Shown piece after piece: positions 22,852-32,531 of a DNA stretch of 36,359 nt. The position numbers and the translations under genes were made by a program. Positions within the stretch are counted from its first letter, which is position 1; every line of letters begins with the position of its first letter. Source of the stretch: Elusimicrobiota bacterium (GTDB lineage: Bacteria > CG03); contig JAGHAG010000096.1 of the NCBI GenBank assembly GCA_021161625.1, positions 1 to 36,359 of the forward strand, written 5' to 3'. Under the pieces are notes generated by a model that did no database searches, was not told where the DNA came from, and worked only from the letters and a program-made list of their open reading frames with translations.

Positions 22852-23492
22852 AAAAAGCGGTTGTTCTTCTTTCCGGCGGACTTGATTCAACAACTGTCCT
22901 TTACTGGGCAAAATCAAAAAAAAGAAAGGTTCACGCCTTGATTTTTTCATACGGGCAAAAGCATTCAAAAGAGGTGAAAAAAGCAATAAAAATAGCAAAA
23001 GTTTCGCACACCCCCTATACAGTTATGAGAATTCATCTCCCGTGGGGCGGAAGTTCCCTTATTGAAAAGAATAAAAAAATCCCCAAAGGCAGAACAAAAA
23101 GGGATTCAATCCCTACGACCTATGTCCCTGCAAGAAATACAATTTTTTTGTCTTATGCTTTTTCTTTTTGTGAGGCAAAAAATTTTTCAGAAATTCTCAT
23201 AGGCGCAAATGCTCGCGATTTCTCAGGTTATCCTGATTGCCGTCCTTTTTTTTATAAAAATTTTAACAAACTCTTAAAAGTCGCAGGAGTGAAAAAAATC
23301 AAAGTAAAAGCCCCTCTTTTAAAAAAGACAAAATCACAAATTGTTAAACTTGCTTTAAAGTTAAAAGCCCCTTTGCATCTTACATGGTCCTGCTATAGAG
23401 GGGGTAAAAAACCGTGTGGAAGATGTGATGCCTGTCTTTTAAGAGCAAAAGGATTTAGAGAAGCAGGGATATCAGATCCAGCACTTAAATGA
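22839..23492 (+). CDS. queC: 7-cyano-7-deazaguanine synthase
   Basis: VVLLSGGLDSTT PP-loop and the C-terminal CGRCDAC zinc cluster. GTG start overlapping the pilin stop. Confidence 0.9.
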   Translation: MARIKKAVVLLSGGLDSTTVLYWAKSKKRKVHALIFSYGQKHSKEVKKAIKIAKVSHTPYTVMRIHLPWGGSSLIEKNKKIPKGRTKRDSIPTTYVPARNTIFLSYAFSFCEAKNFSEILIGANARDFSGYPDCRPFFYKNFNKLLKVAGVKKIKVKAPLLKKTKSQIVKLALKLKAPLHLTWSCYRGGKKPCGRCDACLLRAKGFREAGISDPALK

Positions 23493-24127
23493 AAAAAGGG
23501 AAAATTTCTGAAATTTTCTTTTCAATTCAGGGAGAGGGCGTTTTTGCAGGCACCCCATCATATTTTGTCAGATTTTATGGTTGTAATAAAAGGTGTTTTT
23601 ATTGTGATACATTCTATGCTCTTAAAGGAAAGTTTTACACCTCCTCAGTGGATGAAGTTGTTGAGAAAATCCCGAAAGGTCAGAATGTTGTAATAACAGG
23701 GGGTGAGCCAACCTGTCAGATTGAATTTTTAAAGGACCTTACAAAAAAACTAAAAAAAAGAAGAAATTTTATTTCAATTGAAACAAATGGATTTAAATCT
23801 CTAAAAGGTGTTGATTTTGATTTTGTTTCCTTTCACATAGAAAAACTGGGAAAAAAGGAAAAAAAATTTATAAGGGAAATTTCAAAAAAACTTTTTTGTA
23901 TAAAAGTTGTTGTGACAAAGAAGACAACTTTCTCAGATGTAAAAAAGGTGGCAGAATTTTTGAAAGATTTTAAAAAGGCAACTTTAATCCTTCAGGTCCA
24001 ATCTCGTGGCAATCAAATTTTAAAAAACTCGGTTAAAAAGGCTTTTTCATTTGCAAGAGAGATTTCAGATTTTTATTCATCTGTAAGGGTTTTGCCGCAG
24101 ATTCATAAAATTTTAAAACTAAAATAA
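23489..24127 (+). CDS. queE: 7-carboxy-7-deazaguanine synthase (radical SAM)
   Basis: ISEIFFSIQGEGVFAGTPSYFVRFYGCNKRCFYCDT (CX3CX2C), then VVITGGEP. Confidence 0.85.
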   Translation: MKKGKISEIFFSIQGEGVFAGTPSYFVRFYGCNKRCFYCDTFYALKGKFYTSSVDEVVEKIPKGQNVVITGGEPTCQIEFLKDLTKKLKKRRNFISIETNGFKSLKGVDFDFVSFHIEKLGKKEKKFIREISKKLFCIKVVVTKKTTFSDVKKVAEFLKDFKKATLILQVQSRGNQILKNSVKKAFSFAREISDFYSSVRVLPQIHKILKLK

Positions 24128-24129
24128 TA

Positions 24130-24164
24130 TTATCTTCTTTCCTCTATCCACTTTCCACTTTCTA
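24130..24164 (-). repeat. GGA heptad array occupying nearly all of the 34-nt queE/nox convergent spacer and overlapping the nox stop codon
   Basis: The reverse strand reads TAGAAAG TGGAAAG TGGATAG AGGAAAG AAGATAA. The first TAG is the stop codon of the 24162..25496 gene. Confidence 0.7.
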
Positions 24165-25496
24165 CTGTTGCAGGGCTTTGTTTATTGCACGAAGCACAGG
24201 GTCCCACACAGGTGCAACAGAGGGATTGTAACTCAAATCCAATCGGGATGCCTCTTTCAACTGCATTTTTGCGTAAATTATTGTTGCAAAAATATCAATC
24301 CTTTTTCCCACGCCATCTTTGCCAACCATCTGTGCTCCGAGAATCTGTCCGTTTGCTTTTGAAAATATGAGTTTTGTAAAAATTTTTTCAGCCCCAGGAT
24401 AATAATGCGCTTTTGAAAGGGAAGTTGATGTTTCTACCTCTACATCAGGAAAAATTTTTTTGGCTTCCTCTTCTCCAAGCCCTGTTTTGGCTGCATGTAA
24501 GGAGAAAACTTTGGTAATGCTTGTTCCCAGAACTCCCTCAAAAATTTCACTTCCTCCGGATGCATTTATTCCTGCAATTCTGCCAGTTTTGTTTGCGGTT
24601 GTTCCCTGTGGAATGTAAATTTTTTCACCTGTCAGGATGTGTTTTACCTCAATACAGTCCCCTGCAGCAAAGATACTGGGGTCGGCTGTCTGAAGGCGGT
24701 CGTTTACAGAAACTGCACCGGTTTTTCCTGTTTCTATTGAAGTTCCGTTTATGAGTTCCACTTCAGGACTTACTCCAACAGCATCTAATACAAAATCTAC
24801 TTCTATGTGGGTATTGTTAAAATTAGCGATAATTTTTTCCGACTCAGAAGCAAATTCCACAGCAACACCTTTAAAAACAGAAACATTATTAGAAATCAAC
24901 TCCTTTTCAACAATTTTGCTTATTTCTTCATCAAACTGGGGAAGAACTCTTGACATTTTTTCAAAGAGAAAAACCTGCATACCGAGTTTTCTGAAAGCCT
25001 CTGACATTTCCAGACCCAGAAACCCTGAACCAATGACAGCAACTCTTTTTGGAATTTTTTCATTGAGGTAATTTTTTAAATTTATTCCATCCTCAAGATT
25101 TCTTACTCTAAAGACATTTTTTTTAAGAGGAACAGCTCTTTTTGGAGTTCCTCCTGTGGCAAGAATAAGGCGGTGATATTCTTGCAAAATTTTTTCACCT
25201 GTTTCTAAATTTTTTGCTTCAACAGTTTTGGTGGAGGTGTTTATTTTTTCAACAAGAGTTTGTGTGTAGACATCAATTTTTCTTACTTTACGAAAATGTT
25301 CAGGTGTATAGACAATCAGAGAATTTGGGTCTTTTATTTCTCCTGAGATATAAAAAGGAATTCCACAGGAACCATAAGAGACAAATTTTGTCTTTTCAAA
25401 AACAACAATTTTTGCATTTGGTTCTCTTCTTCTTATCTGGGTTGCTGCACTCATCCCTGCAGCACACCCACCAATTACGACATAAATTTTTTCCAT
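24162..25496 (-). CDS. Pyridine nucleotide-disulfide oxidoreductase, NADH oxidase / CoA-disulfide reductase family
   Basis: FAD fold VVIGGCAAGMSAA, single redox Cys motif SYGSCGIPFYI, and a second Rossmann fold AVIGSGFLGLEM. Confidence 0.8.
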   Translation of the reverse strand: MEKIYVVIGGCAAGMSAATQIRRREPNAKIVVFEKTKFVSYGSCGIPFYISGEIKDPNSLIVYTPEHFRKVRKIDVYTQTLVEKINTSTKTVEAKNLETGEKILQEYHRLILATGGTPKRAVPLKKNVFRVRNLEDGINLKNYLNEKIPKRVAVIGSGFLGLEMSEAFRKLGMQVFLFEKMSRVLPQFDEEISKIVEKELISNNVSVFKGVAVEFASESEKIIANFNNTHIEVDFVLDAVGVSPEVELINGTSIETGKTGAVSVNDRLQTADPSIFAAGDCIEVKHILTGEKIYIPQGTTANKTGRIAGINASGGSEIFEGVLGTSITKVFSLHAAKTGLGEEEAKKIFPDVEVETSTSLSKAHYYPGAEKIFTKLIFSKANGQILGAQMVGKDGVGKRIDIFATIIYAKMQLKEASRLDLSYNPSVAPVWDPVLRAINKALQQ

Positions 25497-25564
25497 ATTT
25501 TAAAATAGCAAATAATTTTTGAAATATAAATTGTAAATTTTTTCATCCCTCACACATCCTCATC

Positions 25565-25593
25565 TTGTCAAAATGGATTTTTCATATTATAAT
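25565..25593 (+). promoter_or_regulatory. Candidate sigma70 promoter for HIT-rpsU and the downstream operon
   Basis: TTGTCA (25565-25570), a 17-nt spacer, then a consensus TATAAT (25588-25593), 22 nt upstream of the ATG at 25615. Confidence 0.5.
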
Positions 25594-25614
25594 ACAGATT
25601 TGTGGGTATAAGAG

Positions 25615-25950
25615 ATGGATTGTATATTTTGTAAAATTTTAAAAGGAGAGATAAAGGCGGATTTTGTTTTTAAGGAAGAGGGTATTTTTGCTTTTAAAGA
25701 CATAAATCCCCAGGCACCACATCACATTTTGATAATACCTGAAAAGCATATAGCAACAATAAATGATTTGAATGACGAGGATGCTTTGATTATGGGGAAA
25801 ATGCTCCTTGCTGCAAAGAAAATAGCAAAAAAACTTGGGATTCAGAGTTATCGTCTTGTATTTAACTGTAATGCTGATGCAGGACAGGAAGTTTTTCATA
25901 TTCACCTGCATTTTCTTGCAGGGAGGAAATTTACCTGGCCACCAGGATAA
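25615..25950 (+). CDS. HIT-family (histidine triad) nucleotide hydrolase
   Basis: CIFCKI at the N-terminus and the HIHLHFL histidine triad. 111 aa. Confidence 0.9.
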   Translation: MDCIFCKILKGEIKADFVFKEEGIFAFKDINPQAPHHILIIPEKHIATINDLNDEDALIMGKMLLAAKKIAKKLGIQSYRLVFNCNADAGQEVFHIHLHFLAGRKFTWPPG

Positions 25951-25967
25951 TAAGGAGGTGATGGAAA

Positions 25968-26192
25968 TTGGCTTATGTAAAGGTTGGTGAAAACGAGCGG
26001 TTTGAAAATGCTTTAAAAAGATTTAAGAAACAGTGCGAGATGGAGGGAATTTTAAAAGAAATTAAAAAGAGACAGTATTATGAAAGTCCGAGCATGCTTA
26101 AGAAGAAAAAACGAGACGAATTGAAACGCAAAAAAAGGCTTCTTGAAGCAAGGTTAAAAAGATTTCAGAGAAAAAAAGGAAGGAGTAAATGA
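25968..26192 (+). CDS. rpsU: 30S ribosomal protein S21
   Basis: [41 protein letters not shown] is the classic S21 sequence. TTG start 9 nt after AAGGAGG. Confidence 0.9.
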   Translation: MAYVKVGENERFENALKRFKKQCEMEGILKEIKKRQYYESPSMLKKKKRDELKRKKRLLEARLKRFQRKKGRSK

Positions 26193-27157
26193 GAGTTTGC
26201 GAATTTTTTGATTTTGCAATTTCCTGTGGTATTGAAGCAGATCCCAGAGGCAAAAAACAGGTTCAGGAATTTTTAAAGCAGGAAAAAAAGAGGTTTGAAA
26301 AATTAAGTGATAAGGAAAAAAAGTTTTTTGACATTCAGAGATTGAAAAACCCTTATGTTGATTCGCGGATTTTGTTTAATCCGCACAACAATGAGGTAAA
26401 AACAATTCTCTGCGGAATTGATATTGAAGTTGGGGAAGTTTTGCTTGCAGATGCCCTGAAAAAGGCAGGCAAAAAAATTGACCTTATTGTTGCACATCAC
26501 CCTGCAGGATATGCTTACAGCAACTTTTTCGAAGTTATGGACATGCAGCCAGAGGTTCACGAGCAGTGGGGTGTTCCTATAAACATAGGAGAAGCTTTGA
26601 TTAAAGAGAGAAAAAGCAGGGTAGAAAGAAGCGTTCTTCCAAGAAATCACACGCGGGCTCAGGATGCTGCAAAACTTTTAGGGATACCATTTTTAAATTT
26701 ACACACCCCTGCAGACAACCATGTTGCAACTTTTCTAACAGAAAAGTTCAAAGGAAAAAAGTTAAAAGTTGGAGATGTTCTTGATGAACTTAACTCCATT
26801 GAAGAATACAGGTGGGCAAAGGAAAATTTTCTCCCATCACCAAAAATTCTTGTTGGAGACAAAAACAATTCCTGCGGGAAAATTGTGGTTGATATGACAG
26901 GGGGCACAGAACCATCTGAGGAAATCTTTGAGAAAATGGCAAACGCAGGAGTGGGAACAGTTATAGGTATGCATTACAGCGAAAAGCACATTGAAAAGGC
27001 AAAAAACTCCTACATAAATGTAATTGTTGCAGGTCACATTTCCTCAGACACACTGGGAATGAACCTTTTGCTGGATAAAATAGAAGCAAAATTTGGCAAA
27101 TTACAAATATTTGAATGTTCAGGATTTCACAGGGTAAGGAGAAAAAAACAGGTTTAA
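26189..27157 (+). CDS. NIF3-like dinuclear metal centre protein
   Basis: [15 protein letters not shown] and [11 protein letters not shown] correspond to the conserved NIF3/YbgI His/Asp-containing motifs. The N-terminal region is atypical. Confidence 0.55.
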   Translation: MRVCEFFDFAISCGIEADPRGKKQVQEFLKQEKKRFEKLSDKEKKFFDIQRLKNPYVDSRILFNPHNNEVKTILCGIDIEVGEVLLADALKKAGKKIDLIVAHHPAGYAYSNFFEVMDMQPEVHEQWGVPINIGEALIKERKSRVERSVLPRNHTRAQDAAKLLGIPFLNLHTPADNHVATFLTEKFKGKKLKVGDVLDELNSIEEYRWAKENFLPSPKILVGDKNNSCGKIVVDMTGGTEPSEEIFEKMANAGVGTVIGMHYSEKHIEKAKNSYINVIVAGHISSDTLGMNLLLDKIEAKFGKLQIFECSGFHRVRRKKQV

Positions 27158-27167
27158 ATTAAAATCT

Positions 27168-28901
27168 ATGGGGTTTAATTTTGATTTCATAGAAAAGGTT
27201 AGAGTTTCGTCTGATATTGTGAAGGTTGTTGAATCATACATACCTTTGAAAAAAGCAGGTGTAAATTATACCGCCCTGTGTCCCTTCCATCAGGAAAAAA
27301 CCCCATCTTTTTTTGTCTCTCCCCAGAAGCAGATTTATCATTGCTTTGGTTGTGGAGAAGGTGGAAATGTCTTTTCTTTTGTTATGAAAATGGAAGGGGT
27401 TTCTTTTCCAGAAGCAGTAAAACTTCTTGCTGAACGCGCCCACATTCCTATTCCTGAGACAAAGACATCCCCACAGGAGAAAAGAAAGAAGTATTGTTAC
27501 TCTGTTATGGAAAAAGTAAAGAATTTTTATGTTGAAAATTTGAAAAAATCCGCTATAGCCAGAAGTTTTATTCAAAAAAGAGGTATTACTCCAGAAATGG
27601 CAAAAAAATTTGAAATGGGTTATTCTCCTGAAGGGAATCACATAAATGTTTTTTTTAAAAAGACAGGAATAAAACCTGAAATCCTTGAAGAACTTGGTGT
27701 TCTTTACAGGACAACCACAACATGGCATGACAAATTCTCAGGTAGAATTATCTTCCCCATAAAAGATGTTTCAAACAGAGTTGTTGCATTTGGGGGCAGG
27801 GCTCTTCGGGAAAATGCAAGAGCAAAATATCTCAATTCCTCTGAAACACTGCTTTTTCACAAAAGTTTCATTCTCTATGCACTCAATCTTGCTAAATCTG
27901 AAATGGTTGCCACGAAAAAAGCGCTGGTTACAGAGGGCTATATGGATGTTCTAACCCTCCACCAGTTTGGCTTTTCAAATGCCTGTGGAGTTCTTGGAAC
28001 AGCTCTTACTCAGGAGCATGTTTATCTTCTAAAAAGATTTGTGGACAATATTTATTTTGTTTTTGACAATGATCTGGCAGGAATTGAAGCAGTTTTAAGA
28101 GGGGCGCTCAAAATTCTTCCATTTGAAATTGCAAGTTTTGTTATAAAACTTGAAAAGGCAAAAGATGTTGATGAATTTCTGCACAGATTTGGATCCCCTC
28201 AGTTTAAAAAGGAGATTGAAAAAGCAGTGCCTCTTATGGATTTTATAAGGCAGATTCTAATAGCAAGGGTCCCTTCAAATTCTCAGGGTAAAGCCCTTTT
28301 TGTAAAAAATTTATCTTTGTATTTAAGTGCAATCACCAATCCAATAATAAAGGAGGAAGAAATAAAAAGAACTGCACAATTCATTGATGTGAGCGTTGAT
28401 TCAGTAAAACAGAGTTTGAAAGAACCTGACAGGGTGGTGGATGTTTCACAAAAAAGCATTCCGGCAAGACAAATTACAAAGCGTGAAAAGATAGAGAGAG
28501 AAATAATTATTTTTCTCTTAAATTTTCCTGAAATTGTTGATGAGTTTTACAAAAGAATAAAGGCAGAGAATTTGAAATTTTTTTCAGACATTCTCTCACA
28601 GATTTATGTGCTTTCCAGTCAGGGCAAAGAAATACCTGTATCAAGATTTGTTGATTTGCTTCAGGAAGAGTATGATGATTTTCTATCAGACCTTACCAGA
28701 AGGTCTTTTGAGGAAGATAGTTTTTCAGACAAAACTGTAATAAAGAAGAGAAAAGAAAAAGCCCGAATATTAATAGAAAGATTTAAAAGGGTTTTGGATG
28801 AGGAGAAATTCCAGCAGGAAAGGGAGAAGTTAAAGGCAGATGCGTCTGATGAGATTTTGAAAAGTTATATTGAGGCTGCCAAAAAGTTAAAAGGAGGGTA
28901 A
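27168..28901 (+). CDS. dnaG: DNA primase
   Basis: Zinc ribbon CPFHQEKTPSF...HCFGCGEGGNVFSF. TOPRIM motifs TEGYMDV and FDNDLAG. Confidence 0.95.
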   Translation: MGFNFDFIEKVRVSSDIVKVVESYIPLKKAGVNYTALCPFHQEKTPSFFVSPQKQIYHCFGCGEGGNVFSFVMKMEGVSFPEAVKLLAERAHIPIPETKTSPQEKRKKYCYSVMEKVKNFYVENLKKSAIARSFIQKRGITPEMAKKFEMGYSPEGNHINVFFKKTGIKPEILEELGVLYRTTTTWHDKFSGRIIFPIKDVSNRVVAFGGRALRENARAKYLNSSETLLFHKSFILYALNLAKSEMVATKKALVTEGYMDVLTLHQFGFSNACGVLGTALTQEHVYLLKRFVDNIYFVFDNDLAGIEAVLRGALKILPFEIASFVIKLEKAKDVDEFLHRFGSPQFKKEIEKAVPLMDFIRQILIARVPSNSQGKALFVKNLSLYLSAITNPIIKEEEIKRTAQFIDVSVDSVKQSLKEPDRVVDVSQKSIPARQITKREKIEREIIIFLLNFPEIVDEFYKRIKAENLKFFSDILSQIYVLSSQGKEIPVSRFVDLLQEEYDDFLSDLTRRSFEEDSFSDKTVIKKRKEKARILIERFKRVLDEEKFQQEREKLKADASDEILKSYIEAAKKLKGG

Positions 28902-28902
28902 A

Positions 28903-30648
28903 TTGAAAAAGAAAAAAGTTAAGAAAACAAAGAATCCAACAAAAACAAAGAAAAAAATGAAAAAAAAGATTATAAGGAAACTCGTTTTAAAAAGTAAAAA
29001 AATTGGAAAAATTTCTTTTTCAGAAATCAATGAAAACCTCCCGTCAAATTACAATGACCCGCAGTTTATAGAAGATCTCATCACATCCCTTGAAAGCACA
29101 GGGGTTGAAATAGAAGATGCTGGTAAAATAACCACTCCTGAAGAAGAAGGGCTTGTTTCCATAACCCCACCCGAACACATTGACACATCTGACTCAGTAA
29201 AAATGTTTTTAAGTGAAATGGGAAAAGAGTCCCTTTTAAGTCGGGAAGAAGAAACATTTCTTGCAAAGGGGATTTATGACCGTGAAATGCGCCTAAAATA
29301 CATAATCCTTTCAAATCCAATTGCTTTTAAAGAACTAATCCACATAAACACCCTGCTTCAGGAAGATGTTATTTCAGCAAGGGAACTTATGCCAAGAGGG
29401 AGGAAGACAAAAAGAATTCTGGAAAACATGAAAAGAAAAGTTGCCTCTGTTTCAAAAACACTTAAAAAGGGAAGCAGAAAAATTATTAATCTAATAAAGA
29501 AATACGACACAGTTAAAAAGCAAAAGACAAAAGAAAAAATAAAAAGCGAGATAACCTCCGTAAGAGAAAAACTCTATAAAGAACTTCTTGCCTTGAATTT
29601 GAATGCCCAGAAACTTAAAAGATTATTGCATTTGATAAAAATGGCAGGCAAGAGAATTGAAAAATCTATTAAAAAAAGGCAGACCATCCTTAAAGATGTT
29701 GATGAACTCAAAGCAAATGAACTTTATAAAAAATATAAAAAGAGGAAAATTTCACCTTATGCTTTTAAGAAAGAAGTTGGTTGCACTCCATCAAATTGGA
29801 AAAAGCGCACTTTAATACTTGAGAAATTAGACAGAAAACTTGAGCATTTTAAGATGGAATACGCACAGTTTCCTGATGAACTTTTTAATTTCTGCGAAGA
29901 AATAAAGATTCTTGAAAAGGAAATTAAACAGATGAAGTTAAAGGTTGTAAGAAGCAATTTAAGACTTGTTGTTTCCATTGCAAAACATCACTCAAGTCCA
30001 CATCTTTCGTTACTGGATTTAATTCAGGAGGGCTGTATTGGTTTGATGAAAGCAGTGGACAAATTTGAATATAAAAAGGGTTTTAAGTTTTCAACTTATG
30101 CAACCTGGTGGATAAGGCAGTCCATAAACAGGGCAATTGCAGACCAGGCGAGAACAATAAGAATACCTGTTCACATGAAGGAGATGATAAGCAAAATTTC
30201 AGCATTTTCTCAGGTTTTTCGGCAGAAGCACGGGGTGGATCCAACTCCTGAACAATGTGCAGAGGCATTAAAAATACCTGTTGAAAGAATACACACGGTT
30301 CTTAAAGTTATGCCTGAGCCATTTTCTCTTGCCCAGCCTGTTGGAGATGAAGACGATGCCCAGCTTGAAGAATATGTGAAGGATACCACAATGAGTAATC
30401 CCGAAGAAATTACACAGATAGAATTAATGAAAAGGGAAGTGGAAAAGCTTCTTGAAACCCTTCCACCAAGAGAGAGTCAGATTTTAAAACTGAGGTTTGG
30501 CATAGATTCAGGCTTTCCAAGAACGCTTGAAGAGGTTGGAAAAGAGTTTAAAGTTACAAGGGAGAGAATCAGACAGATAGAAGCAAAGGCAATTTCAAAA
30601 TTAAAAGACCTTGCTGAAAAAAGAAAGTTAAGGCAGTTTATAGAATGA
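28903..30648 (+). CDS. rpoD: Primary RNA polymerase sigma factor (sigma70)
   Basis: Region 2 FSTYATWWIRQSINRAIADQARTIRIPVHM and region 4 TLEEVGKEFKVTRERIRQIEAKA. Lys-rich N-terminal extension. TTG start. Confidence 0.95.
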   Translation: MKKKKVKKTKNPTKTKKKMKKKIIRKLVLKSKKIGKISFSEINENLPSNYNDPQFIEDLITSLESTGVEIEDAGKITTPEEEGLVSITPPEHIDTSDSVKMFLSEMGKESLLSREEETFLAKGIYDREMRLKYIILSNPIAFKELIHINTLLQEDVISARELMPRGRKTKRILENMKRKVASVSKTLKKGSRKIINLIKKYDTVKKQKTKEKIKSEITSVREKLYKELLALNLNAQKLKRLLHLIKMAGKRIEKSIKKRQTILKDVDELKANELYKKYKKRKISPYAFKKEVGCTPSNWKKRTLILEKLDRKLEHFKMEYAQFPDELFNFCEEIKILEKEIKQMKLKVVRSNLRLVVSIAKHHSSPHLSLLDLIQEGCIGLMKAVDKFEYKKGFKFSTYATWWIRQSINRAIADQARTIRIPVHMKEMISKISAFSQVFRQKHGVDPTPEQCAEALKIPVERIHTVLKVMPEPFSLAQPVGDEDDAQLEEYVKDTTMSNPEEITQIELMKREVEKLLETLPPRESQILKLRFGIDSGFPRTLEEVGKEFKVTRERIRQIEAKAISKLKDLAEKRKLRQFIE

Positions 30649-32012
30649 TAGGACAGGTAAAAAGGATTCATTTTGTTGGAATTGGCGGAAGTGGTATGAG
30701 TGGTATTGCAGAAGTTTTAAAAAGGGAAGGGTTTGATGTAAGTGGCAGTGATATAAGTCCATCTGCAACAATCAATCATTTAAAAAAACTTGGCTGTAGA
30801 ATAACAATAGGACATTCCTCAAAAAACATAAAAAACGCAGATGTTGTTGTGGTTTCCTCTGCTGTGGGTAATGATAATATTGAGGTTGTTTCAGCAAACA
30901 GAAAAAAAATTCCGGTTATTCAAAGGGCAGAGATGCTTGCAGAACTTATGAGGATAAAATACGGAATTGCCATAGCAGGCACCCACGGGAAGACATCCAC
31001 AACCTCAATGGTGGGGCAGATTCTTTTTACCGCGGGCTATGACCCGACAATAGTTGTTGGGGGGATTTTTAAAAATATCGCAACAGGGGGATACAGTGGT
31101 AAGGGAGATTTTCTCGTTGCAGAAGCCGATGAATCGGATGCATCCTTTTTAAAACTTTCGCCTGTTTTTGTCATTGTTACAAATATAGATGATGACCACA
31201 TAAGTTTCTATGGGGATATGGATAACTTAAAGCAAACTTTTGTTGATTTTATCAACAGCATCCCTTTTTATGGTCTTGCAGTTATGTGTGCAGATGATGT
31301 AAACATCTGTGAAATTCTTCCGCAAATAAGAAAGAAATATGTAACATATGGATTTTCAAAAAATGCCGATTACAGGATTGAGATAAAGAAAAAAAATTTT
31401 TTGAGTACAACTTATGACCTTTTTTACAAAGGGAAGAAGACAGGGACTTTTACAGTCCCCCAGCCCGGCATTCACAATGTTTTAAATTCTGCAGCTGCTT
31501 CGGTTCTATGCCACAATCTTGGTGTAAGAATTTCCAGAATAAAGGAAGGCCTAAAAAACTATCTTGGTGTGGCAAGGAGATTTGAAATAAAAGGCATGAA
31601 AAAAGGCATAATTTTTGTAGATGATTATGCCCATCATCCAACAGAGATAAAGGCAACCCTGAAAGCAGCAAGAGAAACATGGCCTGAAAGGAGAATTTTT
31701 GTTCTCTTTCAGCCCCACAGATACACCCGAACAAAGGAACAGGCATATCAGCTTGGTCATGCGTTTGAAAAGGCAGATGAGGTAAGCATTCTTCCAATCT
31801 ATTCAGCAGGTGAGAGAAAAATCCCGGGTATAACTTCCCGGCTAATCTGGCAAAATATTCCCCGTGGCATCAGAAAAAAGTTTTTCCTTTCAAAGGAAGA
31901 GGCAATACAGAAAATCCCTGCTCTGCTGAAAGAAAACGATGTCTTTATAACAGTTGGAGCAGGCGATGTTTTCAGGGTTGGCGAAAAGGTTTTAAAAAAA
32001 ATAAAAATATAG
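30645..32012 (+). CDS. murC: UDP-N-acetylmuramate--L-alanine ligase
   Basis: IHFVGIGGSGMSGIAEVL, GTHGKTSTTSM and DDYAHHPTEI. Confidence 0.95.
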   Translation: MIGQVKRIHFVGIGGSGMSGIAEVLKREGFDVSGSDISPSATINHLKKLGCRITIGHSSKNIKNADVVVVSSAVGNDNIEVVSANRKKIPVIQRAEMLAELMRIKYGIAIAGTHGKTSTTSMVGQILFTAGYDPTIVVGGIFKNIATGGYSGKGDFLVAEADESDASFLKLSPVFVIVTNIDDDHISFYGDMDNLKQTFVDFINSIPFYGLAVMCADDVNICEILPQIRKKYVTYGFSKNADYRIEIKKKNFLSTTYDLFYKGKKTGTFTVPQPGIHNVLNSAAASVLCHNLGVRISRIKEGLKNYLGVARRFEIKGMKKGIIFVDDYAHHPTEIKATLKAARETWPERRIFVLFQPHRYTRTKEQAYQLGHAFEKADEVSILPIYSAGERKIPGITSRLIWQNIPRGIRKKFFLSKEEAIQKIPALLKENDVFITVGAGDVFRVGEKVLKKIKI

Positions 32013-32033
32013 TATAATAGAATTTGCGGGAAA

Positions 32034-32061
32034 GAGGGTTTAAAAAACCCTCATTTTTTTT
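32034..32061 (+). terminator. Rho-independent terminator after murC
   Basis: GAGGGTTT-AAA-AAACCCTC hairpin (32034-32052) followed by a T8 run (32054-32061). Confidence 0.7.
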
Positions 32062-32114
32062 AACCCAAAATTTGTTATGGTATAGAAAAGGCAAAAAATA
32101 GGTTGAGGAGAAAA

Positions 32115-32531
32115 ATGGAAGAAGAAAGAATTTTTGAGATTGTAAAAAGAGAGGCGCGCCTGCTTGGGCTGGAAATTTGTGAAATCAAATTTAACAGAAA
32201 AGCAGAAAGATTAATGGTTGTGATAGATAAAGAGGGTGGTGTGAGTGTTGAGGATTGTGCTGATTTAAACAGGAAACTTTTAGATGTCTTTCAGGGACCT
32301 GATTATTTGAATGTAAACATTACTGTTTCTTCTCCTGGACTGAATAGACCTTTAAAAACACTGGATGAATTCAGGAGGAAAATTTCCTTTACTGTTGTTA
32401 TAGAAAAAACTGATGGGACAAAAAAAACAGGCAAAATTTTAAGGGTAGATGATGAAAGTGTGTATATAGCAGCACCACTTGAGGAAAAAATTCCTGTAAG
32501 TCAAATTGTAAAAGCGAGGATTGTGATATGA
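32115..32531 (+). CDS. rimP: Ribosome maturation factor RimP
   Basis: Size, position upstream of nusA-infB, and an N-terminal region like IFEIVKREARLLGLEICEI. ATG at 32115 preceded by GAGGAG. The ORF is open from the TTG at 32103. Confidence 0.8.
   Translation: MEEERIFEIVKREARLLGLEICEIKFNRKAERLMVVIDKEGGVSVEDCADLNRKLLDVFQGPDYLNVNITVSSPGLNRPLKTLDEFRRKISFTVVIEKTDGTKKTGKILRVDDESVYIAAPLEEKIPVSQIVKARIVI

Noticed and set aside
22839-22860. A preQ1 riboswitch upstream of queC or queD.
   Set aside because: Both genes start inside or directly at the end of the preceding ORF, so there is no untranslated leader to hold an aptamer.
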